From Yuukianura sp. NJ FZ-2021 (Eukaryota): 64,000 nucleotides of DNA. Below the pieces are notes generated by a model. It was given only the letters and a program-made list of their open reading frames with translations. It was not told the DNA's origin and searched no databases. A program made the translations under genes and the position numbers. Within the stretch, counting starts at the first letter, position 1. Each line of letters opens with the position of its first letter. The stretch is taken from contig CM102286.1 in NCBI GenBank assembly GCA_046563655.1, positions 9,486,001 through 9,550,000 on the forward strand, written 5' to 3'. This document shows positions 62,501 to 64,000 of this stretch, in pieces.

Positions 62501-64000
62501 TGCTTGAAGTTCACGTCACACTTACTAAAGGGATGTTAAAGCAGTGTGACAAGTAAAAAAAGATGATTTCACCAAGAACGCCGGCACTGAAAGTGGTTAT
62601 ATATTCGAATTGACCTTGAAGTTGATATTCTTCGTACACGGATTCGTGGGCGTCGAAAGACATTCTATGCTGGATTCCATTTTCTAAGGTTAAGACGTGT
62701 CTCCATACGCTCAAGTAAAATAGTAAAATGCTTGAAGTTCACGTCACACTTACTAAAGGGATGTTAAAGCAGTGTGACAAGTAAAAAAAGTTGATTTCAC
62801 CAAGAACGCCGCCACTGAAAGTGGCTGTATATTCGAATTGACCTTGAAGTTGATATTCTTCGTACACGGGTTTGTGGGCGTCGAAAGACATTCTATGCTG
62901 GATTCCATTTTCTAAGGTTAAGACGTGTCTCCATACGCTCAAGTAAAATAGTAAAATGCTTGAAGTTCACGTCACACTTACTAAAGGGATGTTAAAGCAG
63001 TGTGACAAGTAAAAAAGATGAGGTCACCAAGAACGCCGGCACTGAAAGTGGTTATATATTCGAATTGACCTTGAAGTTGATATTCTTCGTACACGGATTT
63101 GTGGGCGTCGAAAGACATTCTATGCTGGATTCCATTTTCTAAGGTTAAGACGTGTCTCCATACGCTCAAGTAAAATGCTTGAAGTTCACGTCACACTTAC
63201 TAAAGGGATGTTAAAGCAGTGTGACAAGTAAAAAAAGATGATTTCACCAAGAACGCCGGCACTGAAAGTGGTTATATATTCGAATTGACCTTGAAGTTGA
63301 TATTCTTCGTACACGGATTTGTGGGCGTCGAAAGACATTCTATGCTGGATTCCATTTTCTAAGGTTAAGACGTGTCTCCATACGCTCAAGTAAAATGCTT
63401 GGAGTTCACGTCACACTTACTAAAGGGATGTTAAAGCAGTGTGACAAGTAAAAAAAGATGATTTCACCAAGAACGCCGGCACTGAAAGTGGTTATATATT
63501 CGAATTGACCTTGAAGTTGATATTCTTCGTACACGGATTCGTGGGCGTCGAAAGACATTCTATGCTGGATTCCATTTTCTAAGGTTAAGACGTGTCTCCA
63601 TACGCTCAAGTAAAATAGTAAAATGCTTGAAGTTCACGTCACACTTACTAAAGGGATGTTAAAGCAGTGTGACAAGTAAAAAAAGATGATTTCACCAAGA
63701 ACGCCGGCACTGAAAGTGGTTATATATTCGAATTGACCTTGAAGTTGATATTCTTCGTACACGGATTCGTGGGCGTCGAAAGACATTCTATGCTGGATTC
63801 CATTTTCTAAGGTTAAGACGTGTCTCCATACGCTCAAGTAAAATAGTAAAATGCTTGAAGTTCACGTCACACTTACTAAAGGGATGTTAAAGCAGTGTGA
63901 CAAGTAAAAAAAGATGATTTCACGAAGAACGCCGGCACTGAAAGTGGTTATATATTCGAATTGACCTTGAAGTTGATATTCTTCGTACACGGATTCGTGG
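41546..64000. repeat. Satellite C tandem array, 219/220/227/228 bp monomers, about 100 copies, runs off the window
   Basis: Near-identical units. Length classes come from an optional 8-bp duplication (agtaaaat x2) and a 1-bp variable A tract. Confidence 0.99.

Noticed and set aside
41597..63837. About 100 minus-strand ORFs 'MSVWRHVLTLENG...' as a tandem gene family
   Set aside because: They mostly start at TTG, their ends vary with a homopolymer indel, they show no recognisable motif, and there is one per satellite monomer.
4841..64000. CRISPR array
   Set aside because: Repeats are contiguous 219-495 bp monomers with no unique spacers and no cas genes, in a eukaryotic context.

Overview
Eukaryotic (probably metazoan) satellite-dominated, heterochromatin-like window. 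It holds three unrelated tandem arrays: satellite A (~487 bp unit, 1-659 and 4841-32990), satellite B (~334-336 bp dimeric unit, 32995-37745) and satellite C (219-228 bp unit, 41546-64000, beyond a 100-N scaffold gap). Three mobile elements are embedded. (1) An apparently full-length CR1/L2-group LINE (660-4840, minus strand) whose ORF1 and ORF2 are in frame and separated only by UGA-CUAG. (2) A non-autonomous Helentron/HINE-like element (35593-36528). (3) A Ty3/Gypsy-like retroelement (37746-41445, cut by the gap) with an intact, intronless, membrane-type matrix metalloproteinase ORF directly upstream of and overlapping gag, followed by a G_GGA_AAC -1 frameshift into the protease. The MMP-gag-pol arrangement is the main candidate for an undescribed system. 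Almost all of the short ORFs in the track are repeated translations of satellite units, not genes.
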